Below, one piece after another: positions 1-12,820 of a DNA stretch of 64,000 nt. The notes beneath the pieces are model-generated. The model was not told the DNA's origin. It worked only from the letters and a program-made list of their open reading frames with translations, and did no database searches. The stretch comes from the human T2T-CHM13v2.0 reference genome, Homo sapiens. Made by a program: the position numbers and the translations under genes. Position 1 is the first letter of the stretch. Every line of letters begins with the position of its first letter. The stretch lies in NCBI RefSeq assembly GCF_009914755.1, contig NC_060944.1; one strand, given 5' to 3'.

Positions 1-1230
1 ACATTGCTCCTTGACTCTTTCTTAGAGTTTCCATCTCTCCATTTACATTATCTACCTGTCCTTGCAGGTTGCCCACTTTTTCCATTACAGGCCTTAGCAT
101 ATTAATCATAGTTATTATAAACTCCCAATCTGAGAGTCTTAGTTATCTAGCCCCAAGGAAATGAATTCTGTCAACAATCTCTGCCATATTTGAGTGTGGT
201 TCTGAGTTTTTTTTTGTTTTGTTTCATTTATTTTACCTTTAGTATGCCTTGTAATGTTTTACTGGGAGTTGGACAATACGTATTGGATAATAGGAGCTGA
301 GGCTTTGGTGTGAAGATTTCACAAATCTGGCTCAGAGTTGGGATATATTTAATGTTTGTTGTAAATGTAGGTGTCAGAGGCTTCACCTCCCTCTAGTGTC
401 CCTTTTTCTCCCCTCTTGTCTTTGAGTTTCCCTTGAAACTCCTTTGGAATGAAGTCTGTGTCTTGCAGCTCTCTTGGTTGTGACCGATTGTTATAGTGGA
501 GTGATGTAATGGTAAGGATGTAATGGTGAGGATGTAATGATAAGGATGTAATGGTAACCCGGGGGAGGAAGTGTTCTATAATCTTCTAATTACATCTCTG
601 GGTTTTTTAAAAAGAGGAGGCTGGAATTCCTAGGCTGTGACCTCCAGAGAGTTTCTTAGCCTTTTTTTTCCCTCTCCCCTTAAGTGAGACAAGAAGGCTA
701 GAGGGGGATCCAGCTGTCTAATTGCCCATCTTCTAGGGCAGATAAGGCTGCAGTAAAAGATTTTCCCTTGAGTACAAATCTTTGTTGAGGAAAACAGAAT
801 GTTCTGGATATATTTCAAAATGCTCGCTTTTCCTTCCCCCCTGCTGAAAGCATGAGGGGATTTTTCTGAGAACTTGGTGGGGCTCCTGGAGAGAAAACTC
901 ATGAACATGTGGGGGCCCCTTGTGAGACTGGCCACCGAGGAGTTTTTCATCTCCAGCTAAGTCCACACAGCCTCCAGCTGTGCAGTGACTAATCAGTTAC
1001 CGTTGGCGTTCCTACCTGCCATGGGCCCCAGCAGCTTCTGATCCCTGTGTGCTGTGATTTTAGCCACCTGTCTGTCTCCCAGATTTTGGAGTAATGGTCT
1101 ACACCATGATCACAATTCTCTAATGGATCTAAGAATTGTTGATTTTCAGTTTGTTCGGCTTTTTTCTTGTTGTGAGGATGAGAACGACCACTTCTAAGGT
1201 CTTTATATTTTGGAGCAGTAACTGGAAGCC
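1..1230 (-). mobile_element. Ancient L1 (L1MC/L1MD-like) 5'/ORF1-region remnant, degenerate
   Basis: T-rich plus strand; 'tttccatctctccatttacattatctacctgtccttgcaggttgcccactttttccattacaggccttagcatattaatcatagttatt' resembles the antisense L1M 5' region as recalled; right boundary approximate. Confidence 0.5.
503..557. repeat. 14-bp tandem repeat (GATGTAATGGTAAG) x~4
   Basis: Units at 503, 517, 531, 545 with single substitutions. Confidence 0.9.
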
Positions 1231-1619
1231 TCCCTGAATACATTTGTAAGTCAAGTTGTAATGTATTTTATTGGCAGTTACTTGCAGGCTCTTGAAAAAC
1301 TCAGATCAAAGGCAGAAATGATCTCCTAGGTAAGCTAGCCACGTAATTGCCTCCATTACTCCAAGAGCCTTCTGCATGTGGAGGCATGTGGCCCTCTGTC
1401 AGCGTTAGAGCCGGGACAGCGCATCCTCTCAGCTCGGATTGGCAGGTAATGCGCGGCCATCTCAAGCAGCACCTGTGGGGAAGGCTTATCCCAGGTGGTA
1501 GTTTGTGCAGTCATGAGTAGGGCCAAAACTAGGGTGAAGCAGGACCCTGATAATGATGCCCCCCTAAAATTTGCATCTTTGTGCCTTCTCACCTCGCCCT
1601 GGTTCCAGCCCTGGTTATA

Positions 1620-1850
1620 AGCACAGGCTCAGAATCCGGTCTGCCTGAGCTCATCTCCATCTGCTACCTGCTCGCTGTGCAACTTTGGGTGAGAAAATAA
1701 CCTCTCTGGGCCTCAGTTTCTTCACTTGTAGAGATAAGGATAGTGCTTACTAGCAGGATTGTTATGCAGATTAAATGAATTAACATGGGCAACAACACTT
1801 AGAGTGGAGTCTGGCCAATCACAAGCCTCCAAAGTGTTAACCTCTTTTGC
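1620..1850 (+). mobile_element. MIR SINE
   Basis: MIR core 'aacctctctgggcctcagtttcttcacttgtaga...ggattgttatgcagattaaatgaattaa'. Confidence 0.75.
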
Positions 1851-1867
1851 TATCTTCTCTTGCCCTG

Positions 1868-2262
1868 TGTAGCAGAAGCTGTTGGCCCACTCAGATCCCC
1901 TAAGTCCCTAAGTTGGCATGCACCTTGGCCTGCCCACCTCTGCCCACCTTGGCCATCCTCCCTTCTCTATTTGGCTGCCAGATGGCTTTTTCCTGAGCCC
2001 CAGGAGCATACTTAGTTCAGGAACCTGCTTAGCAGGGGCAACCTGGAAGTACCGGGGACTTAGTGTTCATGGCAGTTCCCAGCCACAAGCAGCAGGAATC
2101 GGGGTGAAGACCCCACTTTCCAGGCCTCAGTGGCACAATTCTGGGGTCATTCTGCACAGGGAACATACTCATAACTGCATCTTTCTTGTCCTGCCCCCTT
2201 CCCCTCTCACCTTCCTCACCCCCCTCACTCCTGCTCCCCAGAATCACATCCCTAATTAACTT
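1868..2262 (+). mobile_element. LTR16-family (ERVL) LTR, degenerate
   Basis: Starts 'tgtagcagaagctgttggcccactcagatcccc'; ends 'ccctcactcctgctccccagaatcacatccctaattaact', like LTR16 termini. Confidence 0.55.
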
Positions 2263-3721
2263 CATCCCCCAGTGCTCTTTCTCAAGGGCTGTTTGGTGGG
2301 GAAACCAAACAAGTCATCTTCTCAGTGGTGGTTTTTATCTATGGAAAAGCCCTCTCTGTTTGGTTTCCCAGAGCTTTCATCCTGTGTGCACGCATGCGGT
2401 GTTCCATCCGGGCAGCCAGTGTGTCCTTCGTTCAAAAACACGTCCTGTGCGCCTACCGTGTGGTGAGGCACCAGCTGGCAACCATCGGGTCAAGCTCTTA
2501 TCCAGGGCTTGGGGCTGCCTGTGGTGGGACATGTCATGCCCCCTTTGGGGCCAACACGGATCGGAGGAGGTGGCCGGTCAGTGAGGAAGGGTATGAGCTC
2601 TGGACTCTACCTGAGGGGCTAGACCTTGGCTCCTCCTCATGATAGCCATGAGACCTCGAGCTAGTGGCTAACCGCTGAGCCTCAGTTTGCTCATCTGGGG
2701 CCCGTGGGAAGAGGTGACACTCAGGAAGGGCTGAGCCCTTCGTGCCTGAGCTCATTTGCTCTGTTGGATTCTGGTGAGGAGAAAAGAAAAGCAGAACTAA
2801 AGGGGTTGAAAGCAATGGGAGCCCATTCCTGGGGGCCCCGAGGGGGCTCTGTGGAGCTGGCAGTGTCTTGCTTCTTGATTTCGGGGCTGGGTCATGTACC
2901 CAACCTCACCCTGTGGAATCCACCCAGCTGTGTGCTGAAGCTCACTCCTGTGTCAGCGGAGATTTCCGGTTCAATATGAAATGTAACAGGGTCCGTTCTT
3001 CTCTCCACCTCCTGGTTCATGGATGAACTGGATGAATTGTACATCATCTATATAAATAGAAAATTATCTCCACCCCTACCAAAAAACCCCAAACAAAACT
3101 GCTTTCCCTTTAGGAGAGAGAAAAGCCGCAGAACCGCAGGGAAGGAGATTTGCCCACAGAACCCCCAAAAGACATTTCCTTATTCTCATGATGGCGAATC
3201 ATGATGATGACGTCTGTTGAAGATTCATCAAAGCTGATGCTTTTGCCCCCAATAAAATAAACTTTTTCTTAAGGATGTGACAGAGAGACATAGCCAGGAA
3301 ATTTTATTACACAAAAAAAATTAAAAGGGATTGAGGAATCTGACTTCTCTTTCATGGCAAGCCTCTGTGATTTTGACAATTCACTGATGAAAGAAAAAAA
3401 TATGAAACGAAACGTGTCTTCTTAGCAGTGGAGAAGTCTGTCTGGTGAGGAGGTTTTGGGGGAAGAAAGTGGAAAATTCCCCTTGCCTTCTCCTTCCTCT
3501 AGTTGCATGGCAGCCTACGTGGGCCTCCTCCGCGCCTCCTCTCTCACTGGCTCTGTCTCACCTGGGTCTATTCCCGTCCCTCATTCTCTCCCTCCAAACC
3601 CATCATTTCTAATTCTCCAGCTATATTTGCTCACCTGAGGCCTCCCTGCCACTCCCCTCTCCCTCCCCTCTGCCTTCTAAAAGAGTCTCCAATTCCCCCA
3701 CCAAAGGATTCTCTCTGGTCA

Positions 3722-3913
3722 CAGCTGTCAGCTGTGAGCTTGGAGACCTCACCCTGCACACTTGATGTGGGCTCGCTCCTGAACACATTCCTGAGACCTG
3801 TCCCAGCCCTGGGGGTCAGCGTCTCCACCCAGAGAATCTTCCTTCAACTCCCTGGGCTGTCCCCTCCTGCCAACACATCCCTCCCACCCCAGGGGATCTG
3901 GGTTTTCCAGGGA
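3722..3913 (+). repeat. Copy A of ~190-bp dispersed direct duplication (copy B at 29812-30202)
   Basis: 3722-3845 aligns ungapped to 29812-29935 (about 109/124 identical by hand); 3862-3913 aligns to 30150-30202. Confidence 0.9.
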
Positions 3914-4254
3914 ACGTGTGCAAGTGTGTACACCACTGGCAAGTGGCAGGGATGGGATTTGAAATCAGTTCCATCTGACCTTGAAGTCCTGTCCCTTGGT
4001 GTGCTCCTCTCCCTCCATTCCTGCCTTACTCCTCCCACCCGCTGCACTTTAGCTCCCCAGGACCACCTCTCAAATGAGCCACCCAGGCCTTTCCGCTGCT
4101 GCTCCTGGGGACTGAGCTAAGATGCCGCTTTCGCCTCACCTTGGTCCCTGCTGGTCCCTCTGATCTCCATGATAAGCTAGCATCCATGTGCCCAGAGGCT
4201 GGCGCAAGTGGTTGCCTGCTATGTGCTGTCCACACACTGGCTTAACCCCTGCAC

Positions 4255-4378
4255 CCCTCAGAGACGGCCTTGCATCTCCATTTTATAGATGAGGAACGTG
4301 GTCTCAGAGAAGCTACAGGTCTCCCAGGTGCCTTGTGGTGGTAGAGCAGGATCTGCCCGATTCCAAAGCCTATGCTGC
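4255..4378 (-). mobile_element. MIR fragment
   Basis: 'ctccattttatagatgaggaacgtggtctcagagaag' is the antisense MIR core. Confidence 0.65.
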
Positions 4379-6090
4379 TTCATTTTGACTCTGAGCCCTC
4401 AAACCTGAGAAATCAGCAGATGCCATTCTTCAGGTGGACTCACGCTGGGAGCCCCAATATGTGGAACAGCAGCAAGAGCTGCCCGGGCCAAGCAGGGGAG
4501 GCTTGGGAGATTTTCCCCACTGGCAGCCCCACACCCCAAGGGCCATCTAGGGAGCCCCCGGCTTCCTTCCCAAAGGAGTCAGTATCTTGGGAAAATGGCA
4601 CATTCAGGAACATCCACTGAAATTCCAGGCTTCCCAGATCTTTTGCTGGGGGTACTTCAGCCACTTAGGGTCCAAAGCTGAAATTAAGTTCACTCCCACC
4701 AGCCTGTGCTTGGGGGCACAGCCCTGGGCATGGAGGGCTCAAGACTCACAGGTCTTGGGCTCAGGAGCCCACTTGCAGAGGAAGACATGAGGCTTAGGGC
4801 AGTGGTGGGACTTTCAGGTCACCCAGGCAAGTCCCTCGACACCAACCCCCAACTTCCAGGTCACCAGAGCAAGGGGGCTGAAACAGAGACCTCGGGGCCA
4901 GGGGCTCAGTCACCTCTGAGCTGGGAACACTGGCCAAAAGCTGCTCTTCCCTAGAGGCATGGCAGAGAATAAAAGGCCTGGAAAGCCTTGTCTGGTGCTG
5001 GCCTGTTGGAAAACCCCATTCTTCCATTTTAATACCCTACAAAGCCTTGGGTACCACTGGACGTTGGACCTGCCTTTCTCAGAGTCCCCAAATGCTCTGA
5101 AGCCTGCACCCCACTTTCCCTGCAACCAACTGGCAAACAGCCTCCCTCAGATCCCAGCTCCGGGTTCCCCTCGCTGACAACAGGGGTTTCCTCTGCCCTA
5201 CGGAGCAGCCTCTTCCTGGACCCAGGTCCCAGTCCCTGTTGCCCCAGACACAGTGGTTTACAGACACCACAGGTTTACAGACACACACTGAGCTGCTGTC
5301 CACCCATCAATAGATGTATCTAATTTATCTGCTTTCAGGTACAGGGAAACAAGGTGCTGTGTCTGACAGTGATGGGCAGGGGGCCGGCGAGCCCCACAGA
5401 AGAGCTGACAGTGTCATCCTGTCTATGGACGGGAGGCTGGCGATGGTCATTTTTCAAGGCTTTGATGCGGTGTCTGTGAGTTGCTGGGTGCTGTCCGCTA
5501 GAAGCAGCCCTGTGGCCTGAGCTGTCCCTTCTTCCAGTGTCTCCACTGGGCCCCGCCCGACTCATCAAATTCCTTTTCCCACTCCACCTCCCCATGGGGT
5601 CTGGCAGTTTCACATGAGTGAGGTTCACCGCCACAGGCCTCCTGTACCCGGACGCAGAGCCATGTTTCCTTCACTTTGTTTTGAGCTTACGAATTTTACA
5701 AAATGACTGTGTAGGTTGCGTCCATGTTTGTGCCCCAGATGAAAGCTGAGCAACAGTGTCCCTTTTTCCCACAAATATTCCAGTGTCAGTTCCAGACCCC
5801 AGGAACATGTGGGTCCAGACACGTGTGGTCACAGGCCTCAAGGGACTGATTTGACCTTGGGGGGCCTCAGTTTATCTATGCTGTGAAACAGGGCTGCCGG
5901 GAAGCGTGACAGATTTTTGCTGTCTGGCCTCTCTGGGTGAGTCTGGCTGTTCCTTCTCAAGGGATTTGCAGGAAGGGGGAGGTGGGGCGGAGAAATTTCA
6001 TGTCTGCCTGAGTTACTTCCATTCAAGAATGGTTCCTGCGGAGACACCAAGAGAGCTGGGTCTGATGGCAGAGCTGTGTACTGGCCCTAC

Positions 6091-6753
<663 letters not shown>

Positions 6754-6797
6754 CCTACTAAGGGCTGGCCATGTGACTGGTGTAAGGTTCTGTAATC

Positions 6798-6909
6798 CAG
6801 CGTAACCAACTTTTCCCTCTTGGCTCAGGACGATTCCAGTGTTAGCACTGGAAATCCCACATCACAGGAAACCCTGTAGTCCCAGGTAAGCCAAGATGGT
6901 GGGCCACTG
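6798..6909. mobile_element. MER81-like hAT MITE
   Basis: 'cagcgtaaccaac...ttagcactggaaatcccacatcacaggaaaccctgtagtcccaggtaagccaagatggtgggccac' resembles the MER81 consensus, with degenerate TIRs. Confidence 0.65.
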
Positions 6910-8740
6910 GGCCTTGGCTTCATCATCAATAGAGTGATGATGGTAATAGGTTGTCATGGAGACTTAATGAGGTCATGCAAGCAGGGTGCATATAGCCAGA
7001 CACAGCTCAAGGCAGGGTAGCTCTCGCAGTTAGCCAACAATGGAAAGGAAGGGAGTGGTGCCCTGGCAGCTGGAGTGGCAGTGGGAAGACAGCCTCAGCT
7101 TTGCCTTGGGCCTCCCTGCATTCCTCCTCCGCAGGGCAATATTCATTATTCCGCAGGGCAATACTCCACACCAGGCAGGCCACACTCTGTGACTCATGGG
7201 CATGGCTGGGTCTGGGTGAGGCTCACTCCTCACCACCTTCATTCCTCTCACTGTGGGCATGGGGGCTTCTGTGCCAGCCATGGCTCCAAGATGAAAACCT
7301 GGCTCCTCACAGCACTCTGGCTGCCTTGCCCTGCCCTGGTGTCTGTGGTCCTGGCTGGGCTTGGTTGAATGCAGAGAGCTGTCGCTTCTGAGACCTTCCC
7401 TTTCCATCTGAGCCCAACACAGTCAGAGGGATGGGGGCTGGCAGGTCTCAGTAAAAAGGAGTAAAATGAGCTTTCTTTCATTTCCCAGAAGTAGTCCTAA
7501 ATGGGTTTTTTATTTAACTCTCATCAAGTCATCTCAAGACAAGTCAACTCGGATTAAGTCTATTTAAGTCTGTGCAGATCAGTTCAGATCAAGTCAACCC
7601 AGGGCAGTTGAAGTCCACTGCACTCCACTCCTTTCCATCCCAATCAGCTATTTATTGAGGGGGTTGGGGGGGTGCTGTAGAAGGCACTGGTAGGGTTCCC
7701 AAGGCAAGTCATGTGGGTCCGTCTTGGAACTTCAGAATCTAGAGGACAGGTGTGATACAAAATGCTTAAGCCGTAGTGGGGCAGCTTAGTGAAAAAGAGG
7801 CCAGAAGTCCCTCTGCACTTGTAGAATTAAGCTGGAATCTTTGCCCTGAAATCTACTGGCCATGTAGCCTGAGAAAAAGGGCCTCACTTTAGGTGATTAG
7901 GACCCTGGTTAGCGGGGCCTAACCAGGCTTGGCTTCGCTTCTTCCCTTTCTCCAGAAAATGGGGAAGAGGATGGCAGTCACCTTCGAATGTCGATGTGAG
8001 CAGGAGACAAGGTCACATGTGTAAAGGGTTTAGAGACACACCTGGCCCAGAGGGAGCACACGGCACATGGGAGAAATATATTATTGTTTTATTGCTATTG
8101 TCAGGATTATTCCTCTGGCTCCTAAGGGCAACGCCAGTGCAAGGTGAGATGACTTAAGAGATGAGGGTAAAACTTCTGTCTCCTTGAGTCTTGAACTGTC
8201 CCCCTCCCCAATCACAGCTCAACATCGGATCTTGTCAAGTGGACTCAAGTGCTGGCCTCAAGCTCTTTGAGGGAGGCAACAGCTATCCAAAGCCCACTCA
8301 AGTCCTTCCCCTCCGACTTGTTCAGAAACAACTCCAGGAGAATAAATAGAGTCCTTGAGCCCAATACAATGAAGAGGTTTCAAATAGAGCACCTTGAAGA
8401 TGATGTGGGCTGCCCTGGCCTCCTCCGATCCCGTGGTGGCCCAGGCGCCCCTCTGTCCGGCCCTCGCTCCATCATGAGCCCTGAGAACCCCAGCTCACTG
8501 GGGTGCTGACTCTTATTTAGTGCCTGAGCCTTTCTCTTCTCCCCAACCCCAAGAAGGCTCCCTAGAAACATTGCTTCCCAGGACACTTCACAGGCTGGAG
8601 GCAAGAGCCGTGTTCAGAGCACAGACACATTGGGGTTCGAGGCCTTGTGGGTCACTTGCCATCTGTGGTTGGAATAACCTAACCCCTTGAGCCTCAGCAT
8701 CATCGTCTCTAATGCTAAAGTACCAACATTGGAGGGTTCA

Positions 8741-9490
<750 letters not shown>

Positions 9491-9504
9491 CTGTGACCTG
9501 CAAT

Positions 9505-9750
9505 ACGAGGGCTGGACTCAGGAGTCCAGGTCCTGGTTTCAAGTTGTGGCTTCATGGCTCTGCGCTGCGATCTAAGGGAAGTCCTTAGACTTCTCTCTGC
9601 CTTAATTTTTCAAGCTATAAAGAGGGGATTCTAATAGGATATATTTAAGGGGTTATTTGGATGATTAAATGAGTGAATACTTGTCCAGGGCTTAGGATAG
9701 TCCTGGCCATATGAGACATGGCCACTAAATGATAGTAGCCAACATTGTTA
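9505..9750 (+). mobile_element. MIR SINE
   Basis: 'ggactcaggagtccaggtcctggtttcaag...cttctctctgccttaatttttcaagctataaa...gattaaatgagtgaata'. Confidence 0.65.
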
Positions 9751-10583
9751 TTTTAAAACTGAAGTTGATATTTTATGCTACTGTGCCTCGGTCCTTTACC
9801 TAATTCCTTTCCTCTTGCCTGCGATTGGCTCCTCTCTGGTTGGCCCTGCTCTGGGGCCTTTTCCACACCTTCCCAGGAACACCTGCTTACCTGCAAGCTC
9901 CTGCGCCCATTTGTCCCTCAAGCCTGTCACTGGGGGAGCCTTCCATCCATTAAAAATATTGCTAGCCCCCATCCCCTTTGGGGCAGAACATTAAAGTGCA
10001 ATTTCTGTAAAGCCACTTTATAAAATGAGAGCAGTTGAACGTTCTCGGGTGTAGGAGTAATTATAATTCCCAAGTTTCTCTGAACATTTTTCTAACTGGA
10101 TCTTTTTGTGTCGTTGTCTCAGAATAGACACACTTGTGGGCTTTCCTAGGCTCAAAATAGTTGTGAGATAGGGGTTGAAATCGACATCCGAGTTTGAATT
10201 ACAACAACTTGGTTATAACTTTGGATTGGATGAATTTCACCAGCCAAATGTGGTTCTTTCTGCAAATATGGCTTCCTTTTATGGAATAACAAAATTCCTG
10301 AACCAGGGCTGTGCCTCTGAGAAGTGGTCCTTTAGCAGAAGGGTGGGTGGCCCTGGGCTAGAATTGGAGTGTCTACAGTTGGCTGCGTCGATCCACTGTC
10401 TACTCTGGACGAGGCCTCTGATGAAGACTGAGCTCCTGCAGCTGGGCTTAAGAGTCTCCAGGTCTGTCTCTGTGTGGGCTCATCCTCCATCCTGTCTTCA
10501 GCATATCTCAGTAGGTGAGAGCTTCGACCCCAGAGCCAGGTCAATGGGGTTCTCTTGTCTCCTCCACTTATGGCTATCATGAT

Positions 10584-10737
10584 GGGGGACAAGTTACTTT
10601 ATTTCTCTGTGCCTCAGTTTCCTCTTCTGTTGAGTGAGGATAGCCATGTACACATCTCCTGGGGTTGCTGTAAAGATTAAATGAACTGATACACGTAAGG
10701 TCCTCAGAACTGTATCTGGCACAGGGTAAGTCCTGGC
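10584..10737 (+). mobile_element. MIR fragment
   Basis: 'gacaagttactttatttctctgtgcctcagtttcctcttctg...gttgctgtaaagattaaatga'. Confidence 0.75.
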
Positions 10738-12161
10738 TATTTTGATTGCTGGACACATGGTAGGTACACACTACATGTTTGGAAGTCACTGGTCCTCCAC
10801 TTCACAACTCAAGGGGTCTTAAAAGACAAGCAGGGGGCTCTAACGGGAGGTTCTCTGAGAGACCTAGGTAGCTGCCACCAGTAATTCAGGGATGGCCAGT
10901 GGGGAGGAGATGGCCTTAGTGACATGCAATTGCAGGTCCATGAGGGAAAGGGAATTTTCCATCCTGGACTCTGCATTCCCTTTCTTCAGTGTGACAAAAA
11001 TGCACTTAAAAGGCATTAAAACATTGTCTTCCACCCCCTACCCCGTTCCAGGGTGCTGTTTCAATAGACAGAATCACTCTGCAATGCAAGAGCCCTGGCA
11101 GCAGCTTACCTAGAGGCACGGCTTACCTTCAGGAAACCTTTGTCTCTGGTAGTGTCCTGGGGTAAACCCTACCCCTACCCGTATAACAGAAAAATAATAC
11201 ACTTCTTTTTGTTTTTTAAAACAATATTTTATCGATTTAACTGAAACTGTCTGGTCAGTGGATCCCCTCCTGTACTGGGTGAGGCGTAGAAAGGGAGGGA
11301 GAGGGGCCTGTCTGCGTTTTATTAACCCTTTCAATGTGTGACTAGAAGATCACGTGCTCTCGGAGCATGGATTGAGGGGGCAGGCCCTGAGTCTGGATCT
11401 GCAGTGCCTGATCTGGGTGCAGGTTGCCTGGTGGGATCTCCTGGTTCATGCCAAGGGTCTCTGCACTTTTCTGAATGTCTGTTATACTGCAGTCAAAGGA
11501 AAAGACGGCAATACTTCATGCTCCAAGAGCTTTTCCACTACCGAGCTTTCTCCTCTCATAGAAAGTGCAAGGGAAAGAGGGAAGTAAAGAGGCCAGTCTC
11601 AGTTGCTCGGGCAAAGGCTCCAATGAGGTAACCGAAGCTGCAGGTTGCCTGGCACGCTGCTGCCCTGAGCCTCTTGTTGGCTGATGATTACTTTATCTGA
11701 AGAAGATAAGATGTCGTGCATTTGATTACAGCATAACTTCATGCACTCTGACAGAGCTTGCAGCACTGGGCGAATCGTCATCGGAATGGTTTTGTTATTT
11801 CTGTACCGTGTGCCTCTGAGTTAAGGATAAAGCAGGAATAAATATGGAATTGGGGGAGGGGGAAAGTGCTAGCAGTTCTTCCTCACTGCTAGGAAAATCA
11901 CTCTTTCAAAGTCACCACGTTCTCTCCTTCATTACCCTTTCACCACTGTGCGTCCTGCTCATAAGAGTGTCCAACGAAAGGACCAGGTTTTGTCTGGTTT
12001 CTCTGAGCACTTTGGTGAAATTTAATCGTACTTAAATGGCAAACAGTAGGAAGAAGAGCCGGCAAAGGTAGGAGCCACTTTGAGACCCAGCCTATAGTTG
12101 TTCAAAGCTGACATGGCTATATTTAACCAAAAGGACATGATATTAAACTTTCTTTTAATGG

Positions 12162-12820
12162 GGGAGCTTTTGGAAGGCACCAGACAGGGCACAGGTGTTC
12201 CAGCCTCAGGACGCTGCAGCAACATCTGCCTCACAGGGCTTGTGGTCTATCAGGACCAGAAGATCATCCACGAAGAAGACAGTGTAAGATAATTGTAACT
12301 TACATACATTAAATGTGCACATTTTAAGTCTGCAGTTTAACGACTTTTAACAAATGAGTACACCTGTGTAAGCACTATTTCAAGATATAGAATATGCTCC
12401 AAACACCAGGAAGTTCTGAGCATCATTTTAACAAGAGAAGCCATTTGACAAATAAAAAACAAAAAATGAAAAAAAACTCTCTTATTTATTTGTGAATTTA
12501 ACATAGTTTTTCAGCTTGAGGACTTCTGGCTTATCACGGCTTAAAACAAGACTGTTCTCTGCACAAAATAAAAGCTTATCAGCAGTGAGAATCATTCTTT
12601 TCTCAGGGAAAGAAAGGAACATTCTTTATGGCGTGGCTAAGTGGGAAGGCAGTTGGGGCACCATCCTTCTGACTCCATGTTCTGGAGAATCTCATGGTGT
12701 CTCCTACCTGGAGAAGGACCTTCTGGCCCTGGTAGACTACCAGCCCTGAAAGGTAAAGGTTGCTGCAGCATCCTGAAGCCAGAACACCCACACTCTGTTC
12801 CAGCACCTTCTCAGAGTCCC
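12162..12820. repeat. Inverted duplication: ~130-bp arms at 12162-12290 and 12688-12820, ~400-bp spacer
   Basis: Left arm 'ggtgttccagcctcaggacgctgcagcaacatctgcctcacagggcttgtggtctatcaggaccagaaga' versus reverse complement of right arm 'ggtgttctggcttcaggatgctgcagcaacctttacctttcagggctggtagtctaccagggccagaagg'. Confidence 0.85.
12287..12417 (-). mobile_element. L1M (L1MB/ME-like) 3' end fragment
   Basis: 'cttacatacattaaatgtgcacattttaagtctgcagtttaacgacttttaacaaatgagtacacctgtgtaagcac' resembles an L1M 3'UTR terminus. Confidence 0.65.

Noticed and set aside
3503-4120. 205-aa ORF sharing a peptide with ORF 29797-30024
   Set aside because: Non-ATG start, no recognisable domain, runs into a MIR fragment; the shared peptide reflects the DNA duplication
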